Shown: positions 1 through 10,444, counted from the stretch's first letter. The stretch: 32,000 bases of DNA from Synechococcus elongatus PCC 6301 (GCF_000010065.1 NC_006576.1:1731522-1763521), one strand, 5' to 3'. Numbers and translations: made by a program. The notes: generated by a model not told the origin, from the letters alone.

Positions 1-768
<768 letters not shown>

Positions 769-791
769 GCCAGTTGCACTCAAGGCGGTAC

Positions 792-810
792 GGGGATGAT
801 TGTTATCCCC
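792..810 (+). terminator. Candidate stem-loop downstream of por (GGGGAT-7 nt-ATCCCC)
   Basis: A 6-bp GC-rich inverted repeat lies about 24 nt after the por stop. No U-tract follows, so the call is weak. Confidence 0.25.
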
Positions 811-949
811 ATGGACAGAAAGGGTGACTCTCTAGCTCAGCTCCAATCGTCCTAGAGAACTTGAAGGTTTCTATGGCTTGCCAGCTCTGGCTGCTTCAGT
901 CGAGGTCATTTCGTCTTTAGCCTAGACAGCAGGCCTTTCGATCGCGCTT

Positions 950-2263
950 GTGACTGATTTCAAAATCATTGTTCTGGATGACGATCCTACGGGATCGCAG
1001 ACCGTGCACAGTTGCCCATTGCTGTTGCGCTGGGATGTCGAGACGCTTGTAACTGGACTGCGTCATCCATCGTTGCTCTGTTTCATTCTGGCGAACACAC
1101 GATCGCTCAGCACTGAGGCCGCCGCTGCCCGAACTCGCGAGATCTGCCGCAACTTACAGCAAGCGATCGCTCAGCTCAGGCTCCAGCATTGGCTGATTAT
1201 CAGTCGCGGTGACTCGACTCTGCGCGGTCATTTCTGGACGGAACCCCAAGCGATCGCGGCTGAACTAGGCCCATTTCAAGCGCAATTTCTCGTTCCTGCT
1301 TTTCTGGAGGGTGGCCGGATCACGCGGCAAGGCTGGCACCTCCTGCGAACTCCTAGGGGCGATCGCCCCTTGCATGAAACAGAATTTGCCCAAGATCCGC
1401 TGTTTGGCTATCGCACCAGTTATCTACCCACTTTTCTGGCGACTCAAGCCGAGGATCCCAGTCTGAGCGATCGCATTCCGGTCTTGACTGCCGACAATCT
1501 AGAAACTGCTTTTACAACTGCATCTGCAACGAGCGATCGCTGGTTTGTGGTCGATGCAGAAACCCCTGATCAACTGCAACAGTTTGCCAATCGCCTCAAA
1601 GCCGCAGTTCTCAACCACGGTCACTACCTCTGTCGCAGTGCTGCCAGCCTACTCAGTGCTTTGGCGCAACTGCCGCTGCAACCGATCGCACCCCAGCAAT
1701 TCGGCCAACTCAATCCGCAGCATCGTACTGGTGTTGTGGTTGTTGGCTCTTGGACGACAATCAGCACAGGGCAACTCGAAGCTTTATTGGAACAACCGCA
1801 GGTTGCCGCGATCGCAGTTCCGATTGAGCCATTTGTCGAGTCTGACGGTCGCGATCGCCCCCCGCTCGCGGAGGATCTCGATCGCCAGATTCAGCAAGCT
1901 TTGCAGCAAGGTCAAACGCCTGTGATCTTCACTGAGCGGCAATTTCACGCCTGCGCCAGCCCAGAGCAGCAACAGCAACTGAGTCGAGCGATCGCGGATT
2001 TTCTGGCTGAGCGCGTCTGTGCTTTACCCGCAGAGATTGGCTATCTGATCTGTAAGGGCGGGATCACGACCAACACGATTCTGGCGAACTTGGATGCCGC
2101 GATCGTGGAGTTGCGCGGACAAATTCGGACTGGCGTCAATTTGGTGCAGCTTCCCGCCAGCCATCAAAAATTCCCCAGTCTGCCGATTGTCAGCTTCCCG
2201 GGGAATATTGGCGATCGCCACGATTTGGTGACGATTCAGCAGATTCTCAGTAGCGCTAGTTAA
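950..2263 (+). CDS. Four-carbon acid sugar kinase family protein (DUF1537 / YgbK-OtnK-like)
   Basis: 437-aa ORF with a GTG start. The N-terminus IIVLDDDPTGSQTV is the hallmark of the DUF1537 kinase family. The C-terminal ICKGGITTN...FPGNIGD fits its nucleotide-binding domain. HIP1 is dense in this gene. Confidence 0.8.
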   Translation: MTDFKIIVLDDDPTGSQTVHSCPLLLRWDVETLVTGLRHPSLLCFILANTRSLSTEAAAARTREICRNLQQAIAQLRLQHWLIISRGDSTLRGHFWTEPQAIAAELGPFQAQFLVPAFLEGGRITRQGWHLLRTPRGDRPLHETEFAQDPLFGYRTSYLPTFLATQAEDPSLSDRIPVLTADNLETAFTTASATSDRWFVVDAETPDQLQQFANRLKAAVLNHGHYLCRSAASLLSALAQLPLQPIAPQQFGQLNPQHRTGVVVVGSWTTISTGQLEALLEQPQVAAIAVPIEPFVESDGRDRPPLAEDLDRQIQQALQQGQTPVIFTERQFHACASPEQQQQLSRAIADFLAERVCALPAEIGYLICKGGITTNTILANLDAAIVELRGQIRTGVNLVQLPASHQKFPSLPIVSFPGNIGDRHDLVTIQQILSSAS

Positions 2264-3324
2264 GCCAAGGACGGGACTAAGCCGCGCTGGGCTCGGGCTA
2301 GCTCCCGCAGCATTTTCTCTGTGGTCGGAAAGTCGACGCAGGGATCGGTGATGCTTTGGCCGTAGCGCAACTCTGACAAGTCGGCTGGGATGGGTTGATT
2401 GCCTTCAACCAGGTGGCTTTCAATCATCACGCCCATCAGGTGACGCGATCCCTCAGCAACCTGTTCGGCCAGATCTGAGAGCACCACTGACTGACGGCGA
2501 TAGTCCTTGTTGGAGTTGCCGTGGCTGCAGTCCACCATCACTCGTGCATGGAGGCCCATGCTAGCCAGTTGATAGGCTGCTTCTTCAATGTCCGCTGCTG
2601 CGTAATTTGGACCTTTGCTGCCGCCGCGCAGCACTAAATGACCGTCTGGATTGCCGGTGGTCGAGACAATGCTGGCCAGACCGTCATGGTTAATTCCCAG
2701 GAAATGGTGGGGCTGGCTGGCGGAAAGCATGGCATTGGCTGCGATATGGAAGCTACCATCGGTGCCATTTTTGAAGCCGATCGGCATCGACAGGCCCGAA
2801 GCCATTTCGCGGTGAGTTTGACTTTCGGTGGTTCGCGCCCCAATCGCCGTCCAAGCAATTACATCAGCGATGTACTGCGGAATAATCGGGTCGAGCAGTT
2901 CTGTCGCGGCGGGCAAGCCCATATCTGCCAAACCGAGCAATAACTTGCGAGCCCGCTGGATGCCGGTATTGATGTCGTAGCTGCCGTCGAGGTGGGGATC
3001 GTTGATCAATCCTTTCCAGCCGACCGTCGTGCGGGGCTTTTCAAAGTAGACCCGCATCACGATTTCAAGTTCATCCGCCAGCTCTTCGCGCAGTGGCAAG
3101 AGCTTTTGGCCGTAGTCGTAAGCTGCGTTGACGTCGTGAATGGAGCAGGGCCCGACAATCACCAACAGGCGGCGATCGCTATTGCGCAAAATGCTACGAA
3201 CGCGATCGCGGGTAGAAGCCACCAAGTCTGCTGCTGTCTCGGAAAGGGGCAGCTTCTGGTGAATTTCCGCAGGACTGATCAAGGAACGCGTCTCGACGAC
3301 GTGGAGATCGGAAGTCTGTTTCAT
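2260..3324 (-). CDS. 3-deoxy-7-phosphoheptulonate (DAHP) synthase, class I (AroF/G/H family)
   Basis: The ORF is 2260-3360. Homology begins near MKQTSDLHVVETRSLISP, so the ATG at 3324 is the preferred start. Motifs: LLVIVGPCSIHD, YFEKPRTTVGWKGLINDP, DCSHGNS. Confidence 0.93.
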   Translation of the reverse strand: MKQTSDLHVVETRSLISPAEIHQKLPLSETAADLVASTRDRVRSILRNSDRRLLVIVGPCSIHDVNAAYDYGQKLLPLREELADELEIVMRVYFEKPRTTVGWKGLINDPHLDGSYDINTGIQRARKLLLGLADMGLPAATELLDPIIPQYIADVIAWTAIGARTTESQTHREMASGLSMPIGFKNGTDGSFHIAANAMLSASQPHHFLGINHDGLASIVSTTGNPDGHLVLRGGSKGPNYAAADIEEAAYQLASMGLHARVMVDCSHGNSNKDYRRQSVVLSDLAEQVAEGSRHLMGVMIESHLVEGNQPIPADLSELRYGQSITDPCVDFPTTEKMLRELARAQRGLVPSLA

Positions 3325-3546
3325 GGGCGGCTGAGAAAGCAAGCGCTGCGGCCGCCGCAACGCCTTCCCATATTAGCGCCGCCGATCGAGGCATCGGGAT
3401 CCTCCTGCAGAAACGTGACTGAGCTTAAACAACTGGCGATCGCTTAAGCATGGCCCGAAGACTGCAAAACATTAAGGGCGGAGCGGCTTTTATTGATCGC
3501 CCGCAACCCTTGGTGCTTAATAGGGGCGTATTCGGCTGGATCACGA

Positions 3547-4167
3547 ATGATCAGCGTCTATTGGTTTTGCTTTTTATTCGGTGGCATTTTTGTGGCACTT
3601 GCCGCTGTCGGAGGGCTGGACCACGATTTCGGTCATGACTTCGACTCTGACTTTGACCACAGTTTTGACGCTGAAGCAGCGGTTGAGCCCGATGTAGCCG
3701 CTGATGTCGATCTGCCAGAGCCTCCAAGTTCAGGGCGGCGGCTGTGGTTGCCGATTACCAGCTTTAAGTTTTGGACCTTTGGCCTTTGTTTCTTTGGCAT
3801 GACGGGTCTGCTGCTGGGCTGGCTCAATCCGAACTTGCCGGGCTCTCTGCAGTTGGGCCTTGCGATCGCGATGGGTCTGCTGCTGGGTACGGGCATGGCT
3901 GGTCTGCTGCGGCAGTTGCGCAATCGCCAGGTCGATAGTCTGGTGCGGAGTACGGATCTGGTTGGTGCCCGCGGCATCGTTGTCTTGCCTTTCAATGCCC
4001 AAAGCCGCGGCAAGGTGCAGCTGGAAGTCAAAAACAGTGTGATTGAGCTCAGTGCTTGTACCGATTCGCCCTTGGATTTTCAGCGGGGCGATGAAGTGGT
4101 GGTGCTGCGATCGGAAGGGCAACGACTGTGGGTGATTGGTCGCACGGAATTAGATCTGCAACCTTGA
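3547..4167 (+). CDS. NfeD/YqiJ-like membrane protein (SPFH-partner protein)
   Basis: The ORF opens at TTG 3493 and the first ATG is at 3547. It has N-terminal and central TM segments, an acidic His/Asp stretch (HDFGHDFDSDFDHSFD) and a C-terminal OB-like segment (ARGIVVLP...GKVQLEV...GDEVVVL). It sits directly upstream of two flotillin genes, as in yqiJ-yqiK and yuaF-floT. Confidence 0.7.
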   Translation: MISVYWFCFLFGGIFVALAAVGGLDHDFGHDFDSDFDHSFDAEAAVEPDVAADVDLPEPPSSGRRLWLPITSFKFWTFGLCFFGMTGLLLGWLNPNLPGSLQLGLAIAMGLLLGTGMAGLLRQLRNRQVDSLVRSTDLVGARGIVVLPFNAQSRGKVQLEVKNSVIELSACTDSPLDFQRGDEVVVLRSEGQRLWVIGRTELDLQP

Positions 4168-4207
4168 ACCGCTGCTGTCTGAGAGCTTGTTTCCTAGGAG
4201 AGTCTGT

Positions 4208-5548
4208 ATGTCCCTGCTCCCGCAATATTCCCCGCTGGTGCTAGCGCAATTTGAATCTCAGCCGTCCAGCCGTAATACCGGACAAGAAAGTGACTGGGTG
4301 GGCGGCACCCTCGGCTTTGGGATTGTTGGATTCCTTGTCCTGTTTGTCATCCTCAAATCCTGCCTGCGCATTTGTAACCCCAACGAAATTCTGATTGTGT
4401 CGGGGCGAAAGCATCGCAATCCCAAAGGGGAGATGGTGGGCTACCGTGTGCTGTTTGGTGGACGGACGCTGACGATCCCGGTGATCGAAACTGTCAAGCG
4501 CATGGACGTGACTACGATGCCCGTACCGGTTGAGGTGACTAATGCCTACGCCAAGGGCGGCACACCGATCAATATCCAAGCGATCGCCAACGTCAAAGTT
4601 TCAACGGATCCCCGCTTGGTCGGCAATGCGATCGAACGCTTCCTCGATCGCAATCGCTCTGAAATTGCCCGCGTCGCCCGCGAAACCCTAGAGGGCAACT
4701 TACGAGGGGTGGTCGCGACCCTCACTCCTGAAGAGGTCAATGAAGACCGGCTGCGGTTCGCGGAACGGATTGCTGAGGATGTCAGCCACGATCTCTCGAA
4801 ATTAGGGCTGCGGTTGGACACGCTCAAAATTCAAAGTGTGGCCGACGATGTGGACTACCTCAAGTCAATTGGTCGTCGTCGCATTGCCCAGATCACTCGC
4901 GATGCAGAGATTGCTGAGGCCGAAGCCCTAGGGGAAGCCGATCGCCGCGAGGCCGATGCCCAGCAGCAGGCAGAAGTTGCTCGCGCCCAGGCGGCAACGG
5001 TGGTGCAGCAGCGCCAGAACGAACTGCGCAAAATCAAGGCGCAACTCGATCAGCAAGTCCGCTCCGAGGAAGAACGGACAACCGCCGCCGCTAAGGAAGC
5101 TCGTGCTCGGGCGGAGCAGCGCCTCCAATCGCTACGGGCGGAGCTCGAAAAACTCCGGCTAGAAGCCGATGAGGTCTTACCTGCCGAAGCTCAACGGGTG
5201 GCCAAGACCCTGCAAGCCCGCGGTAGTGCGGCGGTGCTGGCTGAGAATGCCAAAGCGGCTGCAGAAGTGAGCGATCGCCTCAGTCAAGTCTGGCGATCAG
5301 CAGGCCCCGAAGCGGCGGAACTCTTCTTGATTCAACAGATTGAAATGGTGCTGCGAGAAGCGGCGCAAATTCCCGGACGGCTGCACCTCCACAAGGTTCG
5401 GGTCGTCGATGGCGGCGATGGCCAAGCCCTAGCCCGCTTGATTAATGCCTATCCAGAAATTGTCCAGCAGTTCCTACAGAGGGTGGACTCCACCTTGGGG
5501 CTGGATGTGATCGGAACCCTGAGCCGTCGTCCTGGAGGTGAAGTCTAA
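4208..5548 (+). CDS. Flotillin / SPFH (band 7) domain protein, paralogue 1
   Basis: The ATG at 4208 is preceded by AGGAG (4196-4200) with a 7-nt spacer. The protein has an N-terminal TM segment, an SPFH core (ILIVSGRK...RTLTIPVIETVKRMD...) and a long Ala/Glu/Arg/Gln-rich coiled coil typical of flotillins. Confidence 0.87.
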   Translation: MSLLPQYSPLVLAQFESQPSSRNTGQESDWVGGTLGFGIVGFLVLFVILKSCLRICNPNEILIVSGRKHRNPKGEMVGYRVLFGGRTLTIPVIETVKRMDVTTMPVPVEVTNAYAKGGTPINIQAIANVKVSTDPRLVGNAIERFLDRNRSEIARVARETLEGNLRGVVATLTPEEVNEDRLRFAERIAEDVSHDLSKLGLRLDTLKIQSVADDVDYLKSIGRRRIAQITRDAEIAEAEALGEADRREADAQQQAEVARAQAATVVQQRQNELRKIKAQLDQQVRSEEERTTAAAKEARARAEQRLQSLRAELEKLRLEADEVLPAEAQRVAKTLQARGSAAVLAENAKAAAEVSDRLSQVWRSAGPEAAELFLIQQIEMVLREAAQIPGRLHLHKVRVVDGGDGQALARLINAYPEIVQQFLQRVDSTLGLDVIGTLSRRPGGEV

Positions 5549-6792
5549 TGTTTGAAACGATTTTTGCGCTGCTGATTGTTCTAGGCGCTGGCGCCGGGGC
5601 TGGCAGCTTAGTCCTGCGCAATCTCTACTACATCTGCCAACCCAGTGAAATTTTGATCTTTGCTGGCAGTAGTCGCCGCAGTAGTGATGGCCGCCGAGTT
5701 GGCTATCGCTTGGTCAAGGGCGGCAGCAGCCTGCGGGTACCTCTGCTGGAAAAAGCGCTCCGCATGGATCTGACCAACATGATCATTGAGTTGCGCGTTT
5801 CCAATGCCTTCTCCAAGGGCGGCATTCCCCTGACTGTTGAAGGCGTTGCCAATATCAAGATTGCTGGGGAAGAACCGACCATCCACAACGCGATCGAGCG
5901 GCTGCTTGGCAAAAACCGTAAGGAAATCGAGCAAATTGCCAAGGAGACCCTCGAAGGCAACTTGCGTGGTGTTTTAGCCAGCCTCACGCCGGAGCAGATC
6001 AACGAGGACAAAATTGCCTTTGCCAAAAGTCTGCTGGAAGAGGCGGAGGATGACCTTGAGCAGCTGGGTCTAGTCCTCGATACGCTGCAAGTCCAGAACA
6101 TTTCCGATGAGGTCGGTTATCTCTCGGCTAGTGGACGCAAGCAGCGGGCTGATCTGCAGCGAGATGCCCGAATTGCTGAAGCCGATGCCCAGGCTGCCTC
6201 TGCGATCCAAACGGCCGAAAATGACAAGATCACGGCCCTGCGTCGGATCGATCGCGATGTAGCGATCGCCCAAGCCGAGGCCGAGCGCCGGATTCAGGAT
6301 GCGTTGACGCGGCGCGAAGCGGTGGTGGCCGAAGCTGAAGCGGACATTGCTACCGAAGTCGCTCGTAGCCAAGCAGAACTCCCTGTGCAGCAGGAGCGGA
6401 TCAAACAGGTGCAGCAGCAACTTCAAGCCGATGTGATCGCCCCAGCTGAGGCAGCTTGTAAACGGGCGATCGCGGAAGCGCGGGGGGCCGCCGCCCGTAT
6501 CGTCGAAGATGGAAAAGCTCAAGCGGAAGGGACCCAACGGCTGGCGGAGGCTTGGCAGACCGCTGGTGCTAATGCCCGCGACATCTTCCTGCTCCAGAAG
6601 CTCGAGTCCCTGCTCGTCACGCTTTCAGGCACCGTGCCAGATATCGACGTGGAGTCGATCACTGTGATTGGCGAAGGGGAAGGCAGCGCTACCCAAATCG
6701 CTAGCTTGCTGGAGAAGCTGAAACAAACCACGGGCATTGATCTGGCGAAATCCCTACCGGGTCAATCCGACTCGCCCGCTGCGAAGTCCTAA
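5548..6792 (+). CDS. Flotillin / SPFH (band 7) domain protein, paralogue 2
   Basis: The start overlaps the upstream stop (TAATG at 5546-5550), and GGAGG lies 9 nt upstream. The architecture matches paralogue 1 (ILIFAGS...SLRVPLLEKALRMD..., EA-rich coiled coil). Confidence 0.87.
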   Translation: MFETIFALLIVLGAGAGAGSLVLRNLYYICQPSEILIFAGSSRRSSDGRRVGYRLVKGGSSLRVPLLEKALRMDLTNMIIELRVSNAFSKGGIPLTVEGVANIKIAGEEPTIHNAIERLLGKNRKEIEQIAKETLEGNLRGVLASLTPEQINEDKIAFAKSLLEEAEDDLEQLGLVLDTLQVQNISDEVGYLSASGRKQRADLQRDARIAEADAQAASAIQTAENDKITALRRIDRDVAIAQAEAERRIQDALTRREAVVAEAEADIATEVARSQAELPVQQERIKQVQQQLQADVIAPAEAACKRAIAEARGAAARIVEDGKAQAEGTQRLAEAWQTAGANARDIFLLQKLESLLVTLSGTVPDIDVESITVIGEGEGSATQIASLLEKLKQTTGIDLAKSLPGQSDSPAAKS

Positions 6793-6851
6793 GAGATAGC
6801 GATGTGACCGCGATCGCTTGTCAAGAATCCCAGTGATCCCGAACCATAGGA

Positions 6852-6872
6852 AGGCAAGCTCAATGCTTGCCT
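6852..6872 (+). terminator. Candidate terminator hairpin after the flotillin operon
   Basis: AGGCAAGC-tcaat-GCTTGCCT forms a perfect 8-bp stem about 60 nt after the stop at 6792, followed by cgtctt. The U-tract is only modest. Confidence 0.4.
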
Positions 6873-6891
6873 CGTCTTGAGGACTATCTAG

Positions 6892-7347
6892 ATGTCTGTG
6901 GAACGCACATTTATTGCCATCAAGCCCGATGGCGTTCAGCGGGGTTTGGTCGGTACGATCATCGGCCGCTTTGAGCAAAAAGGCTTCAAACTGGTGGGCC
7001 TAAAGCAGCTGAAGCCCAGTCGCGAGCTGGCCGAACAGCACTATGCTGTCCACCGCGAGCGCCCCTTCTTCAATGGCCTCGTCGAGTTCATCACCTCTGG
7101 GCCGATCGTGGCGATCGTCTTGGAAGGCGAAGGCGTTGTGGCGGCTGCTCGCAAGTTGATCGGCGCTACCAATCCGCTGACGGCAGAACCGGGCACCATC
7201 CGTGGTGATTTTGGTGTCAATATTGGCCGCAACATCATCCATGGCTCGGATGCAATCGAAACAGCACAACAGGAAATTGCTCTCTGGTTTAGCCCAGCAG
7301 AGCTAAGTGATTGGACCCCCACGATTCAACCCTGGCTGTACGAATAA
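6892..7347 (+). CDS. ndk: Nucleoside diphosphate kinase
   Basis: 151 aa. Contains [18 protein letters not shown] and the NIIHGSD active-site His motif. Confidence 0.97.
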   Translation: MSVERTFIAIKPDGVQRGLVGTIIGRFEQKGFKLVGLKQLKPSRELAEQHYAVHRERPFFNGLVEFITSGPIVAIVLEGEGVVAAARKLIGATNPLTAEPGTIRGDFGVNIGRNIIHGSDAIETAQQEIALWFSPAELSDWTPTIQPWLYE

Positions 7348-7376
7348 GGTCTGCATTCCTTCAGAGAGACATTGCC

Positions 7377-8576
7377 ATGCCCGTGCTGCGATCGCCCTTC
7401 CAAGCTGCCTTGCCCCGCTGTTTCGGGCTGGCAGCCCTGGCGTTGGGGCTGGCGACCGCTTGCCAAGAAAGCAGCGCTCCGCCGGCTGCCGGATCCCAGC
7501 CCTTGGGCTTGGCGATCGCTCAAACCGGCAATGCCTCTCTGTTTGGTCAGGAACAGTTGGCGGGTCTTCAGATTGCCAAAGCAGTCTTTGAACGACCTGC
7601 TACTGGTGTTCCGATTGACTTTCGCTTGCAGGACAGTGGCAGTGATGAAGCCAGTGCAATCAATGCCTTCCAGACGTTGATCAACGTCAATGAAGTGGTC
7701 GCGATCATTGGTCCGACCCTGTCGCAGCAAGCCTTTGGAGCCGATCCAATCGCTGAACGCGCCGGTGTGCCTGTCCTAGCCGCCTCGAATACCGCCAAGG
7801 GAATTCCAGAACTCGGCCAATTTATCGTCCGCCTCTCGGCTCCGGCCGCCGTCGTTGCGCCCCAAGCGATCGCGGCAGCCCGCAAGCTCAATCCTCAAGC
7901 GCAACGGGTGGTGGTTGTCTACGCCCAAGATGATGCTTACTCGCGCTCGGAGACAGAAGTTTTTCAAAAAGCGGTCAAAGACGCTGGCTTGAATCTGACG
8001 CTGGTGCAGCGCTACCAAGTCAGTGACAGCGACTTTCAAGGCTTGATCAGTCAAGCACTCCAGCAGAAGCCCGATATCATCGTGCTCTCGTCGCTAGCAG
8101 CCGATGGTGGCAACCTCGTGCGGCAACTGCGAGAGCTAGGCTATGGCGGTCTGATCGTCGGCGGCAACGGCTTCAATACGCCGAATGTGTTCCCCGTCTG
8201 CCAGCAGCGCTGCGACGGTATCATCGTCGCCCAAACCTACAGTCCCAACTTCGATAGCCCCGTCAACAAGGACTTTCGCCAGCGATACGAGGCCCAGTTT
8301 GGTAAACAGCCCTCGCAGTTTAGTGCCCAGATTTTTTCAGCAGTACAGGTGATTGCAGAATCACTGAACCGCGTCAACCAAAAGCAACCGGTGGTAGACC
8401 TTCCCCTACCGGAGCGCCGTAAAGCTTTGCTGCAAGCGATGCTGACGGGCACCTATGACACGCCGTTAGGGCGTCTCTCGTTTACACCTGGCGGTGAAGT
8501 CAACCAAGAGCAGTTCTACGTGGCGCGGATTCGCATGAAGCCCGACGGTCAAGGCGACTTTGAGTTGTTGCCCTAA
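7377..8576 (+). CDS. Liv/Nat-type (branched-chain/neutral amino acid) ABC transporter substrate-binding lipoprotein
   Basis: The ORF opens at 7311 and overlaps ndk. The ATG at 7377 gives a signal peptide with a lipobox (LALGLATAC). The protein looks like a type-1 periplasmic binding protein and is first in a five-gene ABC operon. Confidence 0.85.
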   Translation: MPVLRSPFQAALPRCFGLAALALGLATACQESSAPPAAGSQPLGLAIAQTGNASLFGQEQLAGLQIAKAVFERPATGVPIDFRLQDSGSDEASAINAFQTLINVNEVVAIIGPTLSQQAFGADPIAERAGVPVLAASNTAKGIPELGQFIVRLSAPAAVVAPQAIAAARKLNPQAQRVVVVYAQDDAYSRSETEVFQKAVKDAGLNLTLVQRYQVSDSDFQGLISQALQQKPDIIVLSSLAADGGNLVRQLRELGYGGLIVGGNGFNTPNVFPVCQQRCDGIIVAQTYSPNFDSPVNKDFRQRYEAQFGKQPSQFSAQIFSAVQVIAESLNRVNQKQPVVDLPLPERRKALLQAMLTGTYDTPLGRLSFTPGGEVNQEQFYVARIRMKPDGQGDFELLP

Positions 8577-9517
8577 TGGATTGGTTGCAACCGCTGATCA
8601 ATGGTCTGGCCATCGGGGGCGTCTATGCCCTGTTTGCCTTGGGGTATACCTTGGTCTTTTCGATCCTGGGGGTCATTAACTTTGCCCATGGTGCCGTTTT
8701 TACCCTCGGTGCCTACCTGACTTACGCTCTAGTGGGTGGGCGTTTCAGCTTCAACGGGTTGCTCGCCAATGCCGCGCTGCCCTTCAGTTTGCCGTTCGCC
8801 TTGGCTCTGCTGCTCGGCAGTTTGCTGGCCGGCGGTGCCAGCCTCTTGATTGAGCAAGTGGCCTTTCGTCCCCTGCGCCGCCGCCAAGCGGATCCCCTCC
8901 TAACCCTGATCTCCAGCCTTGGCGTGGCGGTGTTTATCGTCAATTTGATTCAAATCTTGGTGGGAGCCGAGATTTACACCTTCCCAAGCAACATCTACGG
9001 CGACCTACCCAGTGCCATCAACTTAGGCAGCAGCGATCGCCCGATCCAGATCCGCACGGTGCAAATCATCCTGTTTGTCGTGGCGATCGCGATGTTCAGT
9101 CTGCTGACTTGGCTGATCAACGGCACCCGCGTTGGCCATGCCCTGAAAGCTGTTGCCGAAGATGCCACCACCGCTAGCCTGCTGGGCATCGATCCCGATC
9201 GCTACATCCGGCTGACCTTCTTCCTGAGTGGCGTCCTTGGTGGTTTGGCGGGCACCTTGGTCGGTACCAGTGTCAGTATCACCGGCCCCTATTTCGGGAT
9301 TGCCTACGGGCTGAAAGGCCTGAGTGTGATGGTCTTAGGTGGACTCGGCAATATTCCCGGCACGATTGCGGGCGGCTTGTTGTTGGGTCTGGCGGAAGCT
9401 TGGGTGCCGCCACAATGGTCGGGCTATCGCGATGCCGTTGCCTTTGCGCTGCTATTTGCCATGCTCTTGATCCGTCCCCAGGGCTTGTTTAGTCGTGCTC
9501 GGACAGAGAAGGTGTAG
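8576..9517 (+). CDS. livH: Branched-chain amino acid ABC transporter permease (LivH family)
   Basis: The start overlaps the upstream stop (TAATG). The protein is polytopic and has LivH-type motifs (INFAHGAVFTLGAY, LKAVAEDATTASLLGI). The symbol is a family-level assignment. Confidence 0.88.
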   Translation: MDWLQPLINGLAIGGVYALFALGYTLVFSILGVINFAHGAVFTLGAYLTYALVGGRFSFNGLLANAALPFSLPFALALLLGSLLAGGASLLIEQVAFRPLRRRQADPLLTLISSLGVAVFIVNLIQILVGAEIYTFPSNIYGDLPSAINLGSSDRPIQIRTVQIILFVVAIAMFSLLTWLINGTRVGHALKAVAEDATTASLLGIDPDRYIRLTFFLSGVLGGLAGTLVGTSVSITGPYFGIAYGLKGLSVMVLGGLGNIPGTIAGGLLLGLAEAWVPPQWSGYRDAVAFALLFAMLLIRPQGLFSRARTEKV

Positions 9518-9520
9518 AGC

Positions 9521-10444
9521 ATGGGCAATGTGGTCGCCACCTACGGGTTTCTGTTGGTTTCGATGCTGCTGGGCGCGACGCTGGGTCTGTCAGTCTATCT
9601 GCCGCTGATGGCAGGACAACTATCCTTGGCATCGCCCGCTTTCTATGCTCTGGGCGGCTATCTGGCGGCCATCCTCTCGACGAAAGGTCTGACTGCCAGC
9701 CCTGAATACAGTGTTGGGGCTTTGCTGCTAGAGATGGGTCTTGCAGCGATCGCGGCGGCGGTTCTCGCCTTTCTGGTCGGCTATCCGGTGCTGCGGCTGC
9801 GCGGCATTTATCTGGCAATCGCCACGATCGCGCTCGTGGAAATTGTGCGGGTTGTCGCACTGAATCTCTCGATCACGGGCGGTGCCGTCGGCATTTTTGG
9901 GATTCCCCAGCCCTTTAGCTCGGCGGTTGGCTACCTCTGGATTGCCTTGCCGCTGCTGCTGATCGCAGTTGCTGCCTGCTGGCGCCTGCAACAGGTGCGG
10001 ACTGGCCTAGTGCTGGCCGCAATCCGTGAAGATGAACTCGCAGCCAGTGCGATCGCGGTCAACACAACCCGCTACAAGGTGCTGGCCTTTGTGCTGGGGG
10101 CGGTTCTGGCCAGCCTTGTCGGAGCGGTTAGCGCCCACTTCCTCAATACCTGGAACCCGCGCCAAGGCACCTTTGATGCCAGCATCACCTTTCTGGCCTT
10201 TGTGCTGATCGGCGGATCGCGCAGTGCCTTTGGCCCTGTGTTGGGCGGGATGGTGCTGACTGCCTTGCCAGAACTATTGCGGGCGATCGGTTCGGTGCCG
10301 GGCTTGTGGCCGGGACTGAGTCGCCTCTTGCAGGACGGTCGCCTGTTGATTTTTGGGCTGCTGCTGGTCTTGGGCAGCATCTATTTCCCGCAGGGATTGA
10401 TCAAGCCCCGCGCCAGCCAGCCACGCCGACGGAGGACCTCATGA
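9521..10444 (+). CDS. livM: Branched-chain amino acid ABC transporter permease (LivM family)
   Basis: Polytopic membrane protein with LivM-type motifs (LRLRGIYLAIATIALVEI, AIREDELAASAIAVN). The symbol is a family-level assignment. Confidence 0.88.
   Translation: MGNVVATYGFLLVSMLLGATLGLSVYLPLMAGQLSLASPAFYALGGYLAAILSTKGLTASPEYSVGALLLEMGLAAIAAAVLAFLVGYPVLRLRGIYLAIATIALVEIVRVVALNLSITGGAVGIFGIPQPFSSAVGYLWIALPLLLIAVAACWRLQQVRTGLVLAAIREDELAASAIAVNTTRYKVLAFVLGAVLASLVGAVSAHFLNTWNPRQGTFDASITFLAFVLIGGSRSAFGPVLGGMVLTALPELLRAIGSVPGLWPGLSRLLQDGRLLIFGLLLVLGSIYFPQGLIKPRASQPRRRRTS

Noticed and set aside
7311-7376. Upstream extension of the substrate-binding protein ORF (and similarly 10306-10440 for the LivG-type ATPase, 3325-3360 for DAHP synthase, and 14252-14305 for gyrB)
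   Set aside because: The extensions overlap upstream genes or add non-conserved residues. Internal ATGs give a canonical lipoprotein signal, an ATGA-coupled start, or the conserved family N-terminus.
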